Counted from the stretch's first letter, positions 39,982-49,908 are shown. The stretch is DNA of 64,000 nt from Oceanispirochaeta sp. (GCA_963666275.2 CAXXOA010000001.1:2496001-2560000), one strand, 5' to 3'. Numbers and translations: made by a program. The notes: generated by a model not told the origin, from the letters alone.

Positions 39982-40458
39982 ATGATGGATGAGATTAGAC
40001 AGGAAATTCGCGAGGAGATACGGGAAGAGATACGCAGAGAGTTTGAAAAGGACTGGCAGAAGGAGAAAAAGAAAAATCCCCACTGCAATCCCGATGCCTG
40101 GTGGGAAGAGAGAAAACTGGGCCTGAAAATATTCCTGGGATTTCTGATAGGGCTGGGTATCATTGCCCTGATATTCCTCTTCGGCTGGGCGGTCATGCTC
40201 CTGTGGAACCGCCTGATGCCCGAGATATTCGGCCTGACAGAAATCAGCTACTGGCAGGCATGGGGACTCCTGATCCTCAGTTCGATCCTGTTCAAAAGCT
40301 CCCCTTTCGGCGGGCATGACAGCAGCAGGGGGGGAGACAGGCGCCGGCGGAAGGAGCTGAAAAAGCTTATGGACGATGAGATGCCCTTTCCTCCGGAAGA
40401 GGCAGAAAAATCCGTCCTTTCCGGAGAAGAAACAGAGATCAACCGGGAGAAGGATTAA
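39982..40458 (+). CDS. Membrane protein associated with ECF sigma (possible anti-sigma or target)
   Basis: VMLLWNRLMPEIFGLTEISYWQAWGLLILS TM motif directly after the sigma gene. Confidence 0.65.
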   Translation: MMDEIRQEIREEIREEIRREFEKDWQKEKKKNPHCNPDAWWEERKLGLKIFLGFLIGLGIIALIFLFGWAVMLLWNRLMPEIFGLTEISYWQAWGLLILSSILFKSSPFGGHDSSRGGDRRRRKELKKLMDDEMPFPPEEAEKSVLSGEETEINREKD

Positions 40459-40509
40459 CCCCCTCTCCCCCGGGAGGATCCTATCCTCGTCCTTCCGGGA
40501 CAGGAACGG

Positions 40510-41430
40510 CTAGACCGCTTCCAGGGCTTCCCGGCAGCTGGCGCAGTCCCCGCCTTCCGGGCAGGGAAGCCCTTCCAGACAGGGGAGCTTTTTCTTTCCC
40601 TCTTCGGGAGCCAGGATATTCTCAGGGCCGGCGGTTTTCCACCCCTCTGTGCGGACCCACTGGTCGGCCCGGCTGATGAGCTCTGCATCCGCCCGGGAGG
40701 AAAGGTTCCGGGAGCCTATCATATAGCGGTCCACAGGATTTTCAAGAGCTTTGAAGAGATTATCCCTTATGCTCTCCTCGCCCCGGGCCATTTCGTTGAT
40801 TATAGCCCTCATGTCTTTTCTTTTGGACTCCCTGCCGTAGGGACAGGTACAGACCAGTTTGTTGATCCTGTTTTTTGTGGCGAACCGGATCACATCCTGC
40901 TCCTTCACAAGAGCCAGGGGCCGGATCACCGTAATGGGATAGGAGTCGTATTCCAGCACGGGCAGCATGGTGGAGATCTCACCCTTGTAGGACATGTTCA
41001 TAAAAAAGGTTTCCAGAATATCGTCCATGTGATGGCCCAGGGCAATTTTGTTGCAGCCCTTCTCTACCGCCGATTTGATAAGCTCCATCCGTCTCTGGGT
41101 GGAACACCAGTAGCAGTTCATCTTCCGCCCCGGTTTGAGACGGGCAATCACGGGAACCTGTTTGATCTCGTAGGGGACCTCCCAGACTTCGAGGAAGCTC
41201 TCCATCCGGGTTTTCTTGCCGCAGTTGCAGAAGTCGGTTTTGATATGGATGCAGGTAAAATCAAAATCGATGGGATAGCCGCTGCGCTTCATTTTCATAA
41301 GATTGTAGGCCAGGGACATGGAGTCTTTTCCCCCTGATACGGCCACGAGGATTTTATCCCCCGGACGGATCATATCGTAGCGGAGGACGGCTTCGGAAAT
41401 TTTTTTGGAGAGGAGTGTATCTATTGTCAT
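40510..41430 (-). CDS. ttcA: tRNA 2-thiocytidine biosynthesis TtcA-family protein
   Basis: SGGKDS PP-loop, CxxC (CYWC), GHHMDD, IRPL, CTCPY. Confidence 0.8.
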   Translation of the reverse strand: MTIDTLLSKKISEAVLRYDMIRPGDKILVAVSGGKDSMSLAYNLMKMKRSGYPIDFDFTCIHIKTDFCNCGKKTRMESFLEVWEVPYEIKQVPVIARLKPGRKMNCYWCSTQRRMELIKSAVEKGCNKIALGHHMDDILETFFMNMSYKGEISTMLPVLEYDSYPITVIRPLALVKEQDVIRFATKNRINKLVCTCPYGRESKRKDMRAIINEMARGEESIRDNLFKALENPVDRYMIGSRNLSSRADAELISRADQWVRTEGWKTAGPENILAPEEGKKKLPCLEGLPCPEGGDCASCREALEAV

Positions 41431-41564
41431 ATATTACCATTATTATATTATTTTTAGACGGAAAATTTATCATAAAACGCCGGGAAAGTGTAAGTAGAAA
41501 CGAGGGAAGAATAGGTTCTTTTTAAGGGAATTTCATTCCCTGGGACCGATCGGAGCGGAGGGGG

Positions 41565-42167
41565 TCAGGAAGAGAGCCCCCAGTACTGCTGAATCCCCGC
41601 CAGCTGTATGGAGATCAGTTCATCCAGGTCCAGCGGATTCAGTCCCGTGTTCTGCCGTTCCAGCCCCAGCCGCAGGCCGTCGTTGATCGCAAACAGGATG
41701 CCCACCACCATTTCGGGGTCGGTCGATTTTTTCAGCTCCCCCCGGGCGATGGCCTGCCGGGTCAGCTCCACCTCCATCCGGTGGAATGTTCCCTCCAGGG
41801 CATAGTAGCGTTTCTGGATATCCTCCAGAACCGGATTGGTGCAGATTCCCACAAAGAAATTGGGAGCATAGCGCTTATAGAAAAGGATGCAGAACCTCAG
41901 GATATCCCTGTAAATTTCCATAATCGGTTTGTCCGCGCCCAGAATCCGTTCCATCTCAGTAGAAAAGTCCTGTTCCCATTTGTCATAGGAGGCGCTGAAA
42001 AGTCCGTATTTATCCTGAAAATAGTAGTAAACCGGACGGCGTGTGATTCCCAGGGCATCACAGATATCGGTGAGATTGGTGGACTCGAATCCCTTGAGGG
42101 CAAAAATTTCTATGGCCTTTTCAAGAATTTTCTTTTTGGTTGATACCTTTTCCGCCGGATCCGACAT
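41565..42167 (-). CDS. TetR/AcrR-family regulator
   Basis: KGFESTNLTDICDALGITRRPVYYYFQDK HTH; start MSDPA at 42167. Confidence 0.88.
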   Translation of the reverse strand: MSDPAEKVSTKKKILEKAIEIFALKGFESTNLTDICDALGITRRPVYYYFQDKYGLFSASYDKWEQDFSTEMERILGADKPIMEIYRDILRFCILFYKRYAPNFFVGICTNPVLEDIQKRYYALEGTFHRMEVELTRQAIARGELKKSTDPEMVVGILFAINDGLRLGLERQNTGLNPLDLDELISIQLAGIQQYWGLSS

Positions 42168-42276
42168 TGTTTGAACTCCCTCTGTAAACCTGTATACCAT
42201 TATATGGAAATTCAGGAGTTTGATAAGTTCCCCGGGATTTCCGGCCTGAAGTTTCAGACCGGAAAGGTTTTAAAAT

Positions 42277-43683
42277 CTACCGGGCGGCGGCGTTTCTACC
42301 GGCGATCCGGCCGAATGTCAGAGACATCTGGATGGATGTTCCGCTGGCGGGATACACTTTGTTGAAAAAGCTTCCATTGGCCACCTCACCTGCGGCATAA
42401 AGCCCGTGGATGGGATTACCGGCCTTGTCCAGAACCTGCGTATCAAGGTCTGTTCTGACTCCTGTCAGAGTTCCCAGTATGGCAGGGACGATTTTCAGGG
42501 CGTAGTAGTCGGGTGTCTCCACTTTGGGAAGCCCTGTGAGAGATTTCCCGAACTCTGTATCTACTCCCTCTTCAATCATCCGGTTGTACCCGGCGACAGT
42601 TTCCTTCAGCCCTGCAGGATCAATCCCTGTCAGTGCGGCCAGCTCATCCAGTGAGGAGGCCTTGAAGGCAGAGCCTTTTTCTACCGCTTTGTCCAGAGTG
42701 TCTACATAGGTGTTACCGTCGAAGATCATATAGGCCACCTTATCCTTCTGCTGAACCAGCTCTTCGTAGAAGAGAGGATAATCGATGGTTTCGTTGACAA
42801 AACGTTTTCCCTGGAGGTTCACATTCAGATAGGGCATCCACATGAGCATGCAGATATCTGTGGTGTAGGCGGGCTCCCCTTCTACAGCGCGGAAACCGAT
42901 CACCCCCCCGTGGGAGACCACATCCGCCCCCAGAGCTTCGGCCATGACAAGACCGTCGCCGCTGTTGCCCGAACCGGCAAAGGTCATCTGAGCTTCCGCC
43001 ACAGGAGCATACCGGCTGATCAGTTCGGGGTTTCTGTCAAACCCGCCTGTGGCCAGCACAACCGCTCGGGCTTTATAGCGCAGATCCTCTCCCTCTTTGT
43101 CCCGGGCCAGAACGAAGCTGACCCTGTCGGCGTCCTTCTCAAGCCCTGTAACGGCGGTTCTTGTGAGGATTGTCACTCCCAGCTCTTCCGCCTTCTTCTT
43201 CATGGGATTGATCAGACCAGCCCCGTGGCTTGTGGATGTATGGGCCCTGAGAACAGGGCTGGTTCCGGCCACACCGGGACCGGTGAGTTCTACCCCCATG
43301 TCCAGCAGCCAGTCGATGGTGGCTCCCGAACGCTCGGCCACAAAGGTCAGAAACTCTTTATCGTTCTGCCCTTCCGCCCTTTCGGACCAGTAGGCCACCA
43401 GATTTTCCACGCTGTCTTCCACTCCCGCTTCCTTCTGCATCCGGGAGCCTGTGGCATAGACGATTCCCCCGGACAGGACGGTACTCCCCCCCAGCATGGG
43501 CATTTTTTCGAGCAGGGCCACAGAAGCCCCCGCTTCTGCCGCTTCGATGGAAGCGGCCAGCCCGGCGGCCCCGCCTCCCACGACAATCACATCATATGTA
43601 CCGGCGATTTTTTCTTTTCCGCCGCAGGAAGCCAGCAGAAAAACCAGGGCTCCCGCCAGAATAATATACAGAGTCTTTTTCAT
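42277..43683 (-). CDS. Lipoprotein flavocytochrome c-family FAD oxidoreductase
   Basis: LLASC lipobox, VVGGGAAG, LATGGF, GLYAAGE; start 43683 or 43701. Confidence 0.85.
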   Translation of the reverse strand: MKKTLYIILAGALVFLLASCGGKEKIAGTYDVIVVGGGAAGLAASIEAAEAGASVALLEKMPMLGGSTVLSGGIVYATGSRMQKEAGVEDSVENLVAYWSERAEGQNDKEFLTFVAERSGATIDWLLDMGVELTGPGVAGTSPVLRAHTSTSHGAGLINPMKKKAEELGVTILTRTAVTGLEKDADRVSFVLARDKEGEDLRYKARAVVLATGGFDRNPELISRYAPVAEAQMTFAGSGNSGDGLVMAEALGADVVSHGGVIGFRAVEGEPAYTTDICMLMWMPYLNVNLQGKRFVNETIDYPLFYEELVQQKDKVAYMIFDGNTYVDTLDKAVEKGSAFKASSLDELAALTGIDPAGLKETVAGYNRMIEEGVDTEFGKSLTGLPKVETPDYYALKIVPAILGTLTGVRTDLDTQVLDKAGNPIHGLYAAGEVANGSFFNKVYPASGTSIQMSLTFGRIAGRNAAAR

Positions 43684-43697
43684 TTCATTCATCCTTT

Positions 43698-44060
43698 TCA
43701 CTGTTTTGCCTTCGCCGCTTTATCCAGAGCGGCATTGACAGCCTCCAGAATTCCGCCGGAAGTCACAGATGCGCCGCTCACAGAGTCTACTTCTGTGGAC
43801 TGAGCTTCAATCACTGCCAGGGGGATCTCTTCCAGAGCAATATCGGACACCCCTTCGGTTTCGTGCTGTTCATCGATCCGGATCCGGGCGATTTTTCCCT
43901 TCTCGACAAGGACTGAAAGGGCGATGGTTCCGTGGACCCCTTCCCCTTCTCCCGCGTACCAGCCATCGGCCCAGGGAGAGCTGCCGCCGCATCCGGCCAG
44001 GGTCACTCCCAGCGCAAACAGGAAGGCCAGAACCGGAAACAGTTTCATTTTGTTCCTCAT
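43698..44060 (-). CDS. FMN-binding domain lipoprotein
   Basis: LAGC lipobox, DGWYAGEGEG, HETEG, VDSVSGASVTS flavinylation motif. Confidence 0.88.
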   Translation of the reverse strand: MRNKMKLFPVLAFLFALGVTLAGCGGSSPWADGWYAGEGEGVHGTIALSVLVEKGKIARIRIDEQHETEGVSDIALEEIPLAVIEAQSTEVDSVSGASVTSGGILEAVNAALDKAAKAKQ

Positions 44061-44083
44061 TTTTACTTCTCCTGAAATTTCAA

Positions 44084-44119
44084 ATTGTACACACATGTAC
44101 ATGTACATGCGTGTACAAT
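44084..44119. promoter_or_regulatory. 36-bp near-perfect palindrome, candidate TetR operator
   Basis: ATTGTACACACATGTACATGTACATGCGTGTACAAT; one mismatched pair; four TGTACA units. Confidence 0.7.
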
Positions 44120-44242
44120 CTAGGGCAAAAAAAAGTTTTGCACAAGTATTTGAGGTTATTTTATAGATATTTTTTTAGCTAATTGACAAAAAATCCATCC
44201 CGGGAGTCGATCAGAACCGGAAACAGCCCCTCCCCGGGGCCA

Positions 44243-45205
44243 TTATCCTCTCAGTAACTCCCAGGGATGGGCGATATCGCAGTATTCAAACCACTCATTC
44301 CGGGCAATTTCATAGAGTTCCTGATGAACAAAGGAGAAATGTTTTCGGGCAAAAGCGCTGTTTTTCCACAGCTCCATCGCCACTCCCAGGCTGTTGGGCA
44401 TCACAGGGGGGGCGGCTTTATCGGGATGATGATCCTCGCCAAAACCGGCGGAGAGCATACAGAGATAGGAACCCAGCACAAGGAAGGGCTCGGACCAGCT
44501 GTCGGCCTGCCGGAATACCACCGTATGAGTGGATTTTCTGTCATACCAGAGAAGGGCATTGACATCCCGGTCTGAGGAGATTCGGCAGTCACAGGGGATA
44601 TCCCACAGGGGTGTCACCTTTTTCGGTGTGATCCTTTTATAGCTGTTCACATGGCAGCAGGGAATGACTGCCAGTTCCCGGGACAAAGCGGCGGCCGCCC
44701 TTAAGCCGCGGTTCAGAGTCGGCAGGGGAAAATCCTTTTCAATCTCAAGGATGAACTCCAGCCCGTTCGGGGCCAGGCCGTCAATTTTCGGCGTAAAAAG
44801 AGGATAGAAACCCTCCTTTTCGGCAAGGGTAAAAAGGGAGGATTTCATTTTTTCCAGAGTCTCTATAAGTTCCCCGGGATGTTTACCCCGGATCATAAGG
44901 GTATGCTGCTTTAAATCATGATTATAGAGGAGCTCCCCTTCCTGCCCCGGAGAGAGGAAGCCCCGATCCAGAGCTTCCGCCGGGATGGCCCCTTCCAGGG
45001 GGGTTAGTTTCCGGAACGCCCACTCGGGAGAAGCAGAAAAATCCTCATCCCGAAAACAGTAGAAACCAGCCCGGACTTCCCAGGAGCGAACAGGACAGAG
45101 AGAGGCAAATCTGGAAACCTGATCTTCAAAAAAGCTCCGGATCTTTTCTCTGTCCAGTTCTCCTGTGATCCGATTGGCATTTTTATTATTGGAATTCTGT
45201 TTCAC
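44243..45205 (-). CDS. Degenerate glutamine synthetase catalytic-domain-like protein
   Basis: FTPK..APNG, VNSYKRI, FRQADSWSEPFL, PNSL..AM, EW..Y...WE; lacks the N-terminal domain and metal-binding Glu residues. Confidence 0.6.
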   Translation of the reverse strand: MKQNSNNKNANRITGELDREKIRSFFEDQVSRFASLCPVRSWEVRAGFYCFRDEDFSASPEWAFRKLTPLEGAIPAEALDRGFLSPGQEGELLYNHDLKQHTLMIRGKHPGELIETLEKMKSSLFTLAEKEGFYPLFTPKIDGLAPNGLEFILEIEKDFPLPTLNRGLRAAAALSRELAVIPCCHVNSYKRITPKKVTPLWDIPCDCRISSDRDVNALLWYDRKSTHTVVFRQADSWSEPFLVLGSYLCMLSAGFGEDHHPDKAAPPVMPNSLGVAMELWKNSAFARKHFSFVHQELYEIARNEWFEYCDIAHPWELLRG

Positions 45206-45625
45206 TCTGACGTCTCCTGATTTTCCCTATAGGAAATGTATTTTCTCAAAGACTGAAGCCTTAAGCCCGGCCGGGATCATCCCGGAAGGGAAAAAAAGTT
45301 TAAAAGGTAGAGATTGAAATGGTCCTGTAGGGGATTCTCAGTTCAGAAATGTCTCTGTACTCTTACAGGGTACGGATTTCCTTGGGGTAAGACAATTCTC
45401 CGGGAAATATTTTTCCTGCAGATTCCATCAGCATTCCACTATCTTATTTTCAGATAGTAACTTAGACTTCTACCCGCAGTATGAACCCTACATTTTTGAA
45501 GGATTCTTATCCCTTCTCTGCCTCTTGAGTTCGAGCCTCAGTGCCAGGACGCTTTCAGCAGGAACGGTCCAGGATAAGAGGGAACTCTCCCTTGCGGCCC
45601 GGGAGCCCCGGGATTAGAATGGATT

Positions 45626-46267
45626 ATGCACCGCAAAGACAATCAGCCAGACAAGAAAACCCTGGACTACTACAACAGCCATGCGGCCCGAGTCTTCCAG
45701 CTTTACAGTTCCATACCCAGCCCCCTGAAAGATCTTTTTTTAGAATTTCTCCCTCCCGGCGGGAGGATACTGGATATAGGATGCGCCGCCGGAAGAGAGC
45801 TGAATGCGCTGAGACAGGAGGGTTTTGAAGCCTATGGAATGGAAAGTTCCCGGGAACTTATCGATCAGTTACAGGAGAACTGCCCCGCCCTGAAGGATTA
45901 CGTATTCCCGGGGTATCTGCCCGAAGGGATACCGGAAGATATCCAGGGACGATCACCATGGGACGGCCTGGTCTGCTCTGCGGTCCTGCAGCATATCCGT
46001 GACAGCCAACTGGCTCCTTCTGCCGCCTCCCTCTCCCGGCTTCTTATCCCCCGGGGCCGGCTGATCCTGACGGTTCCCGGATCCTATCCACTGAAAAAGG
46101 ATGATCGGGATGAACAGGAGAGGCTCTTCCGGATCCGTCCGGCTGAAGAGCTTATGACTCTTTTTGAAAACTGCCGGCTCGGCCTGCTGGAAAGGCGGGA
46201 CAGCAGGGACTCTTTAAAGAGGGACGGGATAAGCTGGATGACCCTGATATTTGAGAAAGAGGGATAA
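45626..46267 (+). CDS. Class I SAM-dependent methyltransferase
   Basis: ILDIGCAAGRE, DGLVCSAVLQH, LLIPRGRLILTVP. Confidence 0.88.
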   Translation: MHRKDNQPDKKTLDYYNSHAARVFQLYSSIPSPLKDLFLEFLPPGGRILDIGCAAGRELNALRQEGFEAYGMESSRELIDQLQENCPALKDYVFPGYLPEGIPEDIQGRSPWDGLVCSAVLQHIRDSQLAPSAASLSRLLIPRGRLILTVPGSYPLKKDDRDEQERLFRIRPAEELMTLFENCRLGLLERRDSRDSLKRDGISWMTLIFEKEG

Positions 46268-46299
46268 AATACAAGGAGAGATTCCTGGGGTTAAAAGCT

Positions 46300-46686
46300 G
46301 TGAAGGACCAACAGAAGGCACTGATAGAATACATAAAGGAACACTTTGTAGGCTGGCTGGAAGAGAAGAATGTCATCCCCTTTCCCCAGAGAAGCGGTCT
46401 CCTCGAGACGCAGCTTCTGGAACGGATGGTCCGGGTGGAAGAAGAGCTGAAACGGCAGAATGATAAATTCGCCCGGATTGATGAACGATTCGAACATATG
46501 AACGGAAAGTTCGATATGATGTTGGCTCACAGTGATAAAAGATTTGAAGCCCCGGACCGCCGATTTGAAACAATCGATCAGAGATTTGAAGAGATGGACC
46601 GCCGTTTTAACAGGCAGTCCCTCTATCAGCTGGCCACATTCACAGCCATTGTGGGAAGCGCCGCAGCCATTTTGCTGCAGGGATAA
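46300..46686 (+). CDS. Coiled-coil repeat, C-terminally anchored protein (Bdr/DUF1640-like), copy 1
   Basis: Heptad repeats DERFEH/DKRFEA/DRRFET/DQRFEE followed by a hydrophobic C-terminus; paralog at 53347. Confidence 0.6.
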   Translation: MKDQQKALIEYIKEHFVGWLEEKNVIPFPQRSGLLETQLLERMVRVEEELKRQNDKFARIDERFEHMNGKFDMMLAHSDKRFEAPDRRFETIDQRFEEMDRRFNRQSLYQLATFTAIVGSAAAILLQG

Positions 46687-46690
46687 AATC

Positions 46691-47410
46691 TCATCCCCTC
46701 TTTTTTATCTGCATAACATCGCTCTGAAAGGTCCGGCCGTCCAGAGCAATCAGGTCTGCCTCCTCCCGTAATGCGAAGGGTTGACCGATAAACCGGAGAA
46801 ACTCCCCCACCTGTACAGAAGCCACCAGAGCGGCCGTATGGGGCATCACCGGTTTGGGAGGATTCTCCCTGCCGGCGAAATCGGAGCCCAGAAGATCGGC
46901 GTATCCGAAAGAGGGCGGGTTCAGAACCGCCGCCTGACCGTAATAGCCCGTCACGCCCCCGTGAACCAGCAGGCCCGGTCTGTTCTGTTCTTCCCACACC
47001 CTGACCAGAGCGGTTTCCAGCCCGGCCCTGGCGGAAAAGCTGTCCAGGCAGTCGAAGCAGATATCCGTTCCTCCCAGATGCTTTCCGGGGCGGTCATTCC
47101 TGTTCAGTGCCTTTACCACAGGAACAATGGTAATATCCGGATGAATCGCCCTCAGCCTTTTCTCCGCTCTCTCGGCCTTGGGACGGCCCAGATCCTCCCT
47201 TGTGTAGAGGCTCTGCCGGTTCAGATCCGGTTCGTCCAGGATCCCCGGATCCCACACTTCCAGGCGGGTCACCCCCAGGCGGACCAGCAGATCCAGCACA
47301 TGAGACCCCAGTCCTCCCGCTCCGACAACCACAAAAGCGGCGTTTCTCACAAACTCCCACTGTTCATCGCTCAGAAGAGGCCGGTGTCTTGAAAAATATT
47401 CAGAATTCAT
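46691..47410 (-). CDS. ThiF/MoeB/HesA-family adenylyltransferase
   Basis: VVGAGGLG, DLNRQ, K-A, DCLDSFSAR. Confidence 0.88.
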   Translation of the reverse strand: MNSEYFSRHRPLLSDEQWEFVRNAAFVVVGAGGLGSHVLDLLVRLGVTRLEVWDPGILDEPDLNRQSLYTREDLGRPKAERAEKRLRAIHPDITIVPVVKALNRNDRPGKHLGGTDICFDCLDSFSARAGLETALVRVWEEQNRPGLLVHGGVTGYYGQAAVLNPPSFGYADLLGSDFAGRENPPKPVMPHTAALVASVQVGEFLRFIGQPFALREEADLIALDGRTFQSDVMQIKKRG

Positions 47411-47416
47411 AGGCTC

Positions 47417-47641
47417 TCAGCCCCCCCCTACGGGAGGAAAGAGGGAAAGCGTATCATCCTCTGAAAGGGTATGGTCCAGAGGAACCCCCCGTCCGTTCAC
47501 AAAAATAACGGCCACATCCTCTTCGGCGATCTCAAGCCTTTGCAGAACATCCCGGATTCCCGCCTGTTCACTCAGATCCATGATCTGCTCTTTTTCTCTG
47601 TTTTCCCTGAAGGTAGCAAATAGCTTTACCTTAACCTGCAC
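47417..47641 (-). CDS. MoaD/ThiS sulfur-carrier protein
   Basis: VKLFATFRE...FVNG...FPPVGGG C-terminal diglycine. Confidence 0.9.
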   Translation of the reverse strand: MQVKVKLFATFRENREKEQIMDLSEQAGIRDVLQRLEIAEEDVAVIFVNGRGVPLDHTLSEDDTLSLFPPVGGG

Positions 47642-47664
47642 TGACTATCTCCTTACTCATTACT

Positions 47665-47994
47665 TTATTCTTTACTTTGTATTTTGAAATTGGCTTTATT
47701 GCCGCCGTTTTTCCCGTAGAATCCGAAGGCGATCCTGTAGGGGCCGGGGCATCCCGGAGGAAGGAACGCCACCCTGTCTCCGGGATGTATAGTATAGTCT
47801 ACAGCCTGGACAATACGGTTTACAAAAATCACTTCGATATCTTCCAGGGAGATCCCCAGTTTTCCCGCCAGTTCTATCCCCGTTAGAGGGTCCTCCAGAG
47901 GCATATGCACCGGGATTCCCCCGTATTTTTTCCGCAGGTATGCATCAAGTTTAAGGAATCCCCGGATCTCAATGGTCCTGTCTGTCTCTTCCAT
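47665..47994 (-). CDS. MoaD/ThiS-like ubiquitin-fold protein lacking the terminal GG
   Basis: IEVIFVN...PGDRVAFLPPGCPGPYR with C-terminal extension. Confidence 0.7.
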   Translation of the reverse strand: MEETDRTIEIRGFLKLDAYLRKKYGGIPVHMPLEDPLTGIELAGKLGISLEDIEVIFVNRIVQAVDYTIHPGDRVAFLPPGCPGPYRIAFGFYGKNGGNKANFKIQSKE

Positions 47995-48010
47995 AAGCTG
48001 CCTCCTGAGC

Positions 48011-48049
48011 AAAAAATCCCCGGAAAAGAGACACCTTTCCCGGGATTAT
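48011..48049 (-). terminator. Terminator-like hairpin after aor
   Basis: Minus strand AATCCCGGGAAAGG...CTTTTCCGGGGATT followed by TTTT. Confidence 0.6.
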
Positions 48050-48069
48050 GGTCCGATTCAAATCAGATC

Positions 48070-49809
48070 TTAAAAGTTATAGACCTGATCGATCTCTTCG
48101 GGGGTAAAATCCCAGACCGTATTATGGGGAGCGATGGGCTCGTACTCCATAAACTCGGGCAGCCTGTCATGGGCATTGGTAAATCCGGCGCGTCTGTTGA
48201 AATCCCGTTCCACCTTGAGGACCGATTCGCCCAGTTTGTCCACATCTTCAGAGCTCAGGTTGATCCCGTACTGGGCATTGATCATATCGATCAGGGCCTG
48301 GTATCCCCCGGGATTATCGGCAATACCGAAGTAGACGAACAGGCACATCCCCGTACTGTCCACGGCGGCCGTACCGATCTGCATGGCCCGGGCGTACTCG
48401 ATCTGACCGTCTTTTTTCAGGGGATCCAGGTCGGCTCCCACTTTCAGGATATTTCCCGAGATACAGTAACCCGCCGTATGGTCCGCCCCCATGGGAGTGG
48501 TGGCGTAGGTCAGGCCGATTCCCTTGACTGAACGGGGATCGTAGGCCGGGATGGCCTGGTCTTTCACAACCGGAACCCTGTAGAGTCCGCAGGCTTTGCC
48601 CACGGCAGAGCATCCGCTGGCGATGATCCGTGCCAGAGGGGTGGGTTTGGCCATATCCTTGATGATTTCAAGAACCTGTTTGCCGTCTCCCCAGGGAATC
48701 AGACCGCCCTCCATGGCTGTGGCTATGGCAACGGCGGTTTCAATACTGTCCACTCCCACATCGTCCATGGCCCGGTCGGCATAGGCAATGTCGTCCAGAT
48801 CTTTGATTCCCGCATCGGCTCCCAGGCCCCAGATGGTTTCGTATTCGAATCCGCTGGTAATGTACTTCCCCTTTTTGTCGGCATACCACTGGGAACAGCG
48901 GATGATGCAGCCTTTATGACAGCCGTGGGAGACTTTCCCCTCGCCGCCCCGTTCGGTGATGGTGGCGTTGAGTGTTTCCCCGGAGATATTGTCGCTGTAG
49001 TCAATCTGGCCGGAGGTAAAGTTATGGGCAGGGAGCCCTCCCGCTTCGTTGAGGATATTCACAAGAACATCCGTACCATAGGCGGCCAGCCCCTGGCCTG
49101 CCACGGGGTGATCCATCAGGGCTTTGGCGAAAACTTTGGAAGCGGCTTTGAACTTTTCCGGATCCGCCACAGGAACTTTGGGGGCATCCGTGTCATCGAT
49201 TACGATGGCCTTGACCTTCTTGGAACCCAGAACGGCCCCCAGCCCTCCCCGTCCGGCGCTGCGGATATTGCCGTCGGGATCCCGGAAAGATATATTGGCA
49301 GAGGCCAGGCGGTACTCCCCGGCCGGACCGGCCAGACCGATGCCCACTTTTGGCCCGTATTTTTCACTGAGCACTTCCATGGCTCTGTAGTTGCCGCATC
49401 CCCCCAGGATCTCCTCGGGCGCTTTTTCGATGGTAACGCCCTTCATATCGACTTTGATGATATAAAATGTATCCTCTGCGGGCATTCCCTCTATGACAAG
49501 GGCTTTGATTCCCATTTTCGCCATCTGCTGGGAGACCACGCCTCCTGTGTTGCACTCTTTGATGGTTCCCGTCAGGGGGCTTTTGGCTCCCACGGAAAGA
49601 CGGCCCGAGTTGGGGGCGGTGGTGCCGCTCAGCAGGCCCGGAGCCAGGATCAGTTTGTTGTTTTTTCCCAGGGGATGACAGGATGGCTTGACCTCGTCAT
49701 TGACAAAATTGGATGTCAGGGCTCTTCCGCCCAGTCCCAGATATTTTTCGGGAACCGCCTCTGTGACAGCCTCACCTGTGGTCATATTCACTCTGATAAA
49801 TTTGTTCAT
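48070..49809 (-). CDS. aor: Aldehyde:ferredoxin oxidoreductase (tungsten/molybdopterin AOR family)
   Basis: KSPLTG, AGRGGLGAVLGSKKVKA, CxxCxxxC, FEYETIW, AYDPR, GADH. Confidence 0.92.
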   Translation of the reverse strand: MNKFIRVNMTTGEAVTEAVPEKYLGLGGRALTSNFVNDEVKPSCHPLGKNNKLILAPGLLSGTTAPNSGRLSVGAKSPLTGTIKECNTGGVVSQQMAKMGIKALVIEGMPAEDTFYIIKVDMKGVTIEKAPEEILGGCGNYRAMEVLSEKYGPKVGIGLAGPAGEYRLASANISFRDPDGNIRSAGRGGLGAVLGSKKVKAIVIDDTDAPKVPVADPEKFKAASKVFAKALMDHPVAGQGLAAYGTDVLVNILNEAGGLPAHNFTSGQIDYSDNISGETLNATITERGGEGKVSHGCHKGCIIRCSQWYADKKGKYITSGFEYETIWGLGADAGIKDLDDIAYADRAMDDVGVDSIETAVAIATAMEGGLIPWGDGKQVLEIIKDMAKPTPLARIIASGCSAVGKACGLYRVPVVKDQAIPAYDPRSVKGIGLTYATTPMGADHTAGYCISGNILKVGADLDPLKKDGQIEYARAMQIGTAAVDSTGMCLFVYFGIADNPGGYQALIDMINAQYGINLSSEDVDKLGESVLKVERDFNRRAGFTNAHDRLPEFMEYEPIAPHNTVWDFTPEEIDQVYNF

Positions 49810-49892
49810 CTCTGTTCTCCCTTTGAGGTGTTCACCATTGCCGGTGTTTTAAAATGATACATAGAAATCCTCCTTTTCCTGTTCTTACTGAA

Positions 49893-49908
49893 TGCAAGAA
49901 ACAGGCCA
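49893..49908 (-). promoter_or_regulatory. sigma54 -24/-12 promoter of the aor operon
   Basis: Minus strand TGGCCTGTTTCTTGCA (GG-N10-GC). Confidence 0.8.

Noticed and set aside
45206..45625. 420-bp intergenic region as hidden gene or ncRNA
   Set aside because: Only short frames without RBS or motifs and scattered small hairpins; nothing supportable.
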